A DNA stretch of 64,000 nucleotides from an uncultured Acidobacteriota bacterium. GTDB taxonomy: Bacteria; Acidobacteriota; UBA6911. The notes under the pieces are model-generated. The model searched no databases. It was not told the origin of the DNA and saw only the letters and a list, made by a program, of their open reading frames with translations. The stretch spans positions 1-64,000 of the forward strand of contig CAWHCF010000022.1 in the NCBI GenBank assembly GCA_963827655.1, in the 5' to 3' direction. Below are positions 57,522 to 64,000 of this stretch, piece by piece. Each line of letters begins with the position of its first letter. Positions within the stretch are counted from its first letter, which is position 1. The translations under genes were made by a program, and so were the position numbers.

Positions 57522-60500
57522 CTAGAAGTGGTACTTCAGCGCGAACTCGATGATTCGCGGCGGGCTGACGGTGCCGCCGACCTGGCCGAACGTCAGCGAC
57601 GTCGCGGTCCAGGTGGTGGTCGGCGGGCTGAAGCTCGGCGTATTGGTGAAGTTGAAGAACTCCGCCCGGAAGTCTATGTACTGGCTCTCCGTGACGTTGA
57701 ACTTCTTCCCGACGCCGAGGTCCCAGTTGAAATAGCCCGGGGCCCGCACCGTCCCGACGCCGGCGCTGCCGAACGTCCCCAGCGCCGGTGCGCTGAAGGC
57801 GACATTCCCGCTCACGCCGCTGCACGCTCTGTTGAGCGGGTTGTAGATGTAGCAGTCGGGATCGCTGGTCAGAGTCGGCTCTCCGATCTGGTTTGGCCGC
57901 GCGCTGCCGCGGGGGTTCTGCAGTGAATTGTCGGTGGTCGTGATCGTCATCGGGAAGCCGGTGTGCGCGCTGACGATCGTGGACAGGTTCCAGCCGCCGA
58001 AGATCGCGTTCACAGCCGCGGGCGAGCCGTCTCCGAACTTGCGCCCCTTGCCGAACGGCAGATCGTAGGTTCCCGCCCAGACGAAGTTGTGGGTCGCGTC
58101 GAAGAACGCCGGACCGTAGTTGTACCCCCGGCGGTCGTAGTGATTGGCCGAGTAGGCGCCCTGAGCCGGCAACGCCCCCCGAGCCGTAATAGCCGAGGTT
58201 GTCGGTCATGGTCTTGCTGAAGGTATACGACAGGAGGTATTCCAGCCCGTCGGCGTATCGCTGGCGCGCGCTCACCTGCAGGCTGTGGTAGCGGCTGACG
58301 CCCCAGGAGGCCGTGCCGCTGATCTGCGTCACGTCGGGCAGGACCGAGTAGAGCGGGCGGCGGAGCTGGAACGCGGGCCAGGTGATCGCGGCGCCGGTGC
58401 CCGGAAGGGGCTGGTTCCAGTCGGTGGGGGCGACCAGGTGCGTGGCGGTGTGTCCCACGTAGGCCGCCGTCAGCGACATCGTATTCGTGAACTCGTGCTC
58501 GAGCGACAGGTTGTACTGCTGCGTGAACTGGGGGCGCACGTTCGGGTCCCAGACACGGATCAGGCCGAAAGGCTGTGTCGCGCGCGATCACGTCGTTGAA
58601 GCCCGTTGCGACGGTGCCCGGCCCGGTGGTGAGGTCGTAGGTGACGTCCGCTTCGGCGAAGAAGGGAGGATTGAGCGGCAGGCGCAGGTTCGAGCCTGTC
58701 CCCTCCATGTACTGGGTGATCCCGTACCCGGCGCGGATGACGAACCGGTCGGCAAGCGTCCACGCGAAGCCGATGCGCGGCTCGAAGCCCTTGTAGAAGG
58801 GCTCATAGAGCGCCCGGCTGTTGCCATCCCTGCCGGCGAACAGTTCCCTGCCGCTGAAGAGCTCGAAGTTGGCCTGGCGGTCAACCACTTCGACCACCGG
58901 CGAGGTGTACTCCCAGCGCATGCCCAGGATCCAGGTGAAGTTGGGCCGCATCTTGAAGTCGTCCTGGAAGAACAAGCCGATGCGGTTCTGGCGGTGCCCC
59001 CACAACCCCTTGTTGGTCCCGGCCGCGCCGCCGAGCGCCTTGCGCTGCAGCTGGTCGAGCAGGAAGTCGCCGAACTGGACCCCGGTGTACGTGGTGCTGT
59101 AGTTGAAGGACCCGAGGATGCCGTTGTTGCCGGCGTAGAAGCGGTTCTGCTGATACCTCTGCCACTGGCCGCCGAGCTTGAAAGTGTGGCGGCCGCGCAG
59201 GAAGGTCAGGTTGTCGCCGTAATGGAAGGTGTTGGTATAGTTGTTCTCGTTCGACCCGGAGCCGCCGACGTTAGTCAGACCGCTTCCGGGGGTGACGAGC
59301 GCGAGCCCGCTGTGGGCCTGCCCGCCAGGGATGCCGAACCGGGCGTTGAGATCGCCGACGCCGGCCCAGTCATAGACGTTGTCGGTCACGAAAACTGCGC
59401 GGTTGAACCCGACGCGGGCTTCGTTGATTGTCTTCGGGCTCAGGGTCCGGACCCAGTTGACCACGGCGTTCTGCGGCGTACTGACCTGCCTCGAGCCGGG
59501 GATGATCGCGATCTGGCCCTGGACGGTCCCCGCGTCAAAGTCCGCGTACGAGTAACGGGTCGACAAGTTATCCTTGTCGCTCAGCTTGTAGTCGATCTTG
59601 ACGTCGAACTGGTGGCCGTTGACCTCGTTGCCGGTGACGACATCGAGGATGCCGGTCGCGTTGGTCGGATCGATGCGGCTGGGCAGCGGGTACAGGGACG
59701 TATCGGCGAACAGCGCCTTGGCCACGGGATTGACGATCCGGTTTGCCGGGATGATGCCTCCCGCGAAAAAGCCGCAGGTCGACGTGTCACGCGGGTTGGT
59801 GCAGGTCTGTGGATCGCGGATCTGGACGTTGCCGGTCGACACGAGCGTGGACAGGTCGCCCGTCCGCCAGGCCGCCGGAGCGACGCGGATGAAGCCGCCG
59901 CCGCCGGTGCGCTGCGCCGTCCCCTGGTAGTCGACGAAGAAGAACACCTTCTCTTTCTTGATCGGCCCACCCAGCGTGCCGCCGTAGATGTGCTGCCGCA
60001 GCTTCGGCTTGGTGGTCACACCGGACCGGTTATTGGCCCAGGTCTGGGCGTCGAGCGCATCGTTGCGAATGAACTCGAACAGGTTGCCGTGGAAGTTGTT
60101 CGTCCCCGACTTGATCGTCGCGTTGATCGTCGCGCCGGTGACGTTTCCGAACTCCGCCGAGGAGTTGCTGGTCTCCACGCGGAATTCCTCCAGCGCGTCC
60201 ACGTTCGGCTTGTAGCCGATGCGGTTGTCGATGGTCTCGTCGACGGAGACCCCGTCGAGCAGGAAGGCATTCCCCTGCTCACGGTTGCCGTTAACATAGG
60301 GGCGTCCCTGGGTCTGCTGTCCGACGCCATTGAAGCCGGCGGGATTTGGATTGATCGTTCCGGGGATCAGCAGCGTCAGCTGCTGGAAGTTCCGGCCGTT
60401 GAGCGGCAGGTTCGTCGTGGTACGGCCCGATATGACGTTGCCCACCACGGGAGCTTCCGTCTGCAGGATCGGAGCGACTCCCGTCACCGAAATCGTGTCG

Positions 60501-60850
60501 GAAAGCTGCCCTAGCTCCATCTTCAGATCGACCCGGGCCGTCTGATTCACCTCAAGCCTGATCGGGTTGGTGACCGCCTTTTTGAAGCCGGTCAGTTCCG
60601 CCGAGACCACGTAGTTCCCGACGGGGAGAAAGGGGATCGTGTACGCACCGGCCGCGCTGGACTCGGTCGCGTATTCAAGTTGCGTTCCCTCATTCTTGGC
60701 GGTGACGGTGACGCCTGGAACCACTGCGCCGGTCTGATCTGTGACCGTCCCGGTTAAAGTTGCGGTGACGGTCTGGCCGTAAACCGCCGGGAGGCTAACG
60801 ATCGCAAGCGCGAACAAAAAACTAGCTGCACACCACTGGGGCGTTTTCAT
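57522..60850 (-). CDS. TonB-dependent receptor (frameshifts near 58570 and 58170)
   Basis: GTVTDQTGAVVPGVTV, LPLNGRNFQQL, SSAEFG, FQDDFK, C-terminal PRIIEFALKYHF. Confidence 0.92.
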
Positions 60851-60870
60851 ATACAAATACCTACTCCACA

Positions 60871-60904
60871 AGTTAAACGCAATACTTCACGAGTTAATCG
60901 CAAT
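60871..60904. promoter_or_regulatory. Direct-repeat operator candidate AGTTAAWCGCAAT x2
   Basis: 12/13 identical copies with 21-bp periodicity just upstream of the receptor start. Confidence 0.45.
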
Positions 60905-60981
60905 GCCGGGGATGTGAAAAAGATACTCCTCGAGGGGAAATTGTGCAAGTCCCAAATCCAAGCCGCTTGGAATTCGAGATT

Positions 60982-61025
60982 TTTTGGTGTTTCTTCGTGT
61001 CTTTGAGTCTTAGTGGTATTTGGTC
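60982..61025. repeat. Single arm of the CTTCGTGTCTT family repeat
   Basis: TTGGTGTTTCTTCGTGTCTTTGAGTCTTAGTGGTATTTG, one mismatch from the 55512 copy. Confidence 0.85.
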
Positions 61026-61376
61026 CGAAAATTCTTTCCTCCCAGGCATCCGCCGATGTTAAACTCGCCGCCATCGGCGTGGTGAGGAGCGTCGCAGAAA
61101 GCGCCGGAAGTCCACATAACCCACCTCAACGCCCTCATCGGCAGGCTTGATACCCAAAACCCGCGGCTGGTTCTCCTATGCGCCTAGCCAGAGCAACGCG
61201 CCTCGCGGAGGCGAAGACCGCTTGTAAAGGGCAAAACCCAACTGGGAGGATCGAAGGAAGCCGGCTGGAAGTGTGCCCGCCACATGCCAGTGAGTCGAGG
61301 TCACTCCCGATCAGGTCGGGGTCGTTCACTTCGGCCGGTTTACGTGCCGGAACGGAGGAAAACCGTGGAAAAAGAA

Positions 61377-64000
61377 ATGAGGAAAGGCTTGGGTGGCCGG
61401 ATCGGTTCCGGCAGCGGCTGTGCGAATTCGGCGAGCTGGCAGCCAATCCCGCATACAACCCCGTGGATTCGCGTCTTGGTGCTGTGCAGTCTTTGGTTAA
61501 TGCCGGCGGTCAGGCCGGCATTGGCTCAACTCGGCACCGCTACGATTTCAGGCAACGTGACGGACTCGACGGGCGCGGTTGTCGTGGGCGCCACTGTGAC
61601 GGCGGTAAACAACGCCACCGGCTTCCGGCGTCAGACGATTTCCAATGAGCTAGGTCAATACAACCTGCCCGGGTTATCTCCCGGTTCGTACAGCTTGACG
61701 GTTGAGGTCACGGGCTTCCGGCGAGCGGAGCTCAGCGACATCACGTTGCAGGTCGACCAGAATGCCCGCATCAACGTGCCACTCGAAGTAGGTCAGGTCA
61801 GCGAAACCGTGGAGATTACGAGCCAGGCGCCTCTGATCGAGACTCAGAGCCCCACGCTGGGCGCGGTGATCGACACCCAGAAGATTCTGGCGTTGCCGCT
61901 CAACGGCCGCAACTTCGTGCAGCTCGCGCTGCTGGTGCCTGGCGTTACGACGGGTACGGAAGGCGGCGACCCGGGACCCGACGGCTTCTCGGCCAACGGG
62001 CTGCGCGCCGACCAGAACGCTTTCCAGATCGACGGCACGTCCAACTCCGACCCGCTCCGGAACCGGATCAGCGTGCGTCCTACCATCGACTCGCTGCAAG
62101 AGTTCAAGATTCAAACCAACAACTACTCGGCGGAGTTCGGCAAGGGCGCCGGCGCCCAGGTCAACATCGTCACCAAGGGGGGCACCAAGGAGTTCCACGG
62201 CACCCTGTGGGAGTTTCTGCGCAACGATAACGTGCAGGCGCGCAACTTCTTCGACCGCAACTCGCGGTCCTTCCCGTGCGATCCCAGCGATTCGAATATC
62301 ACCACGCGCAGGGCGTGCGCGCCGCAGTACAACCAGAACCAGTTCGGCGCCAACCTCGGCGGGCCGATCGCCGGACGGACGTTCTTCTTCGGCGCCTTCG
62401 AGGGATTCCGGCAGCGGCGCGGCGGCGCCACCGTCACGCAGGTCCCGACCGCCGCCCAGCACAACGGCGACTTCAGCCAGACGCTTCTGGCGGCCAGCGC
62501 CGGCACGGACGCACTGGGACGCACCTGGCAGCGCGGCCAGTTATTCGACGCGAAGACTTCGAGACAGGTGATGGATGCGTCCGGCAGACTGCGCTTCGTC
62601 CGGGAGCCGTATCCGAACAACCAGATCCCGCGGAGCCATTTTGATCCCGTGGCGGCGAGCATGATTGCCAGCAGCGAATTCATGCCTCTTCCGAATGCTC
62701 CGGGATTCGTGAATGCCAACGGCGATGTCCTCGAGAACTGGCTCGACAGCCGGTCTGCCAAATTAGACAGCGAGCTTTTCAGCGGCCGGATCGATCACCA
62801 GTTTTCCGACAACGACACGATCTTCGGCCGCTTCAGCTTTCAGGATGCCCGCGAGTACATCCCACGCATCTTCCCGGGATTCGGCGCCGAGGATAATCTT
62901 CGAAATATCAACACCACGATCGCCTACACCAAGGTATTCAAGCCAACGCTGATCGGCGAGTTCCGATTTGGCCACCAGGGATGGTTCCAGGAAAGCGGCG
63001 CGGAGGACGGGATCGCGGGCAAGGACTGGCTGGGCACGTTCAACATGCCCGGCATGGACTTCGTCAGAGAATCCGGCGTTCTCGGTTCACCGGCCATCGA
63101 CATCTCAGGCTACGCCGTACCTGGAGGGATCGGCGCACTCGGCTTCGGCAACGGCGTCGGGCCGTTTTCCTACCGTAACTACACCTACCAGCCCATGGCC
63201 ATGTTTCGTTAGCAAGGGGAAGCACTTCATGAAGGTGGGCGGCGAGTTGCGCACCTCCCGCATGAACTCGATAGGCCCCCTGGGACAGGACGGGGGGACT
63301 CGCGGCACCTTCATCTTCGACACCATTGCCTGGACCGGAATCGAGGGCGTCAACAACACCGGGCACCCCATGGCGACCTTCCTGCTCGGCCTGCCAAGGC
63401 AGAAGACCCGGCTGGTAGGCGACTTCCAATTGAATTACTGGCTGCGGGAGTGGGGGGTCTTCTTCCAGGACGACTACAAGGCAACTCGCAACCTGACCCT
63501 CAACATCGGCGTGCGCTACATGTACTACACGCCCCCCTACGACTCCCGCAACGCTATTTCCTCGTGGGTCCAGCCGCAGGAGTGCCCCAGCTACAGCGTC
63601 TGCGGTCCCAACTATCTGAACCTGCCGGCGGACAGCCCCTACCAGGCGTATTACGGTATCGCGGGCGAAGACTTGCCGCGCTCACTCGCTCCCACGGATA
63701 AGAAGAACATCGGGCCGCGTTTCGGCTTTGCCTGGCAGCCGTTTGGCAGCAGCACCACGGTCATCCGTGGCGGCTACGGCATTTTCCACGACACCGTGCC
63801 GGTGTCGCTGAACGGGGACACCCTTCTGAACTACCCGCAGGTCATCGAAGACCAGGAGAACGTGGGTCTGGGCCAGAATGGTTTGCCGGTTCCGAATGCT
63901 CTGATCGGTTTTCGGATCAGCAAGCCGGGGTTGGGCGACGGCGGCCCCGGGTCGGTGGCGCAGTTCACGCCCGGACCCAACAACTTCAACCAGAACTTCA
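61377..64000 (+). CDS. TonB-dependent receptor (frameshift near 63205; runs off window end)
   Basis: GNVTDSTGAVVVGATV, LPLNGRNFVQL, YSAEFGKGAG, FQDDYKATRNLTLNIGVRY. Confidence 0.92.

Noticed and set aside
58487-60514. 675-aa plus-strand ORF
   Set aside because: Antisense shadow of the TonB-dependent receptor.

Overview
The window looks like two unrelated genomic fragments joined at about 28,646. Left (1-28.6 kb) is a very GC-rich actinobacterial (Acidimicrobiia-like) segment with an indel every few hundred bp, so most genes had to be reassembled from several ORFs. It carries acyl-CoA metabolism (pccB plus an epsilon-like subunit, ccr, mce, two acyl-CoA dehydrogenases, a CoA-transferase), DNA repair genes (LigC, Prim-PolC, a 5'-3' flap exonuclease), an ABC-2 transporter, peptidases and a truncated SBBP beta-propeller gene. 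Right (28.6-64 kb) is an Acidobacteria-like segment with a large secreted protein, a PLP decarboxylase, mtnBDC, tRNA-Asp and a 7.5-kb island bounded by a 24/26-bp duplication of the tRNA 3' end (FG-GAP/PxKF repeat protein, IS91-like remnant, ECF sigma plus Ser/Thr kinase, VapBC, no integrase seen). Just beyond the island lies a cytoplasmic degenerate-kinase / Pro-rich linker / beta-sandwich / TIR fusion, followed by a GH42 beta-galactosidase, three TonB-dependent receptors, an F420-type LLM oxidoreductase, a Tat alpha-hydroxy acid oxidase and several dispersed repeat families. The best candidate for an undescribed system is the pseudokinase-TIR protein and its island/toxin-antitoxin context. 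All calls come from motif recognition by eye, taxonomic labels are impressions, and coordinates of frameshifted genes are approximate.
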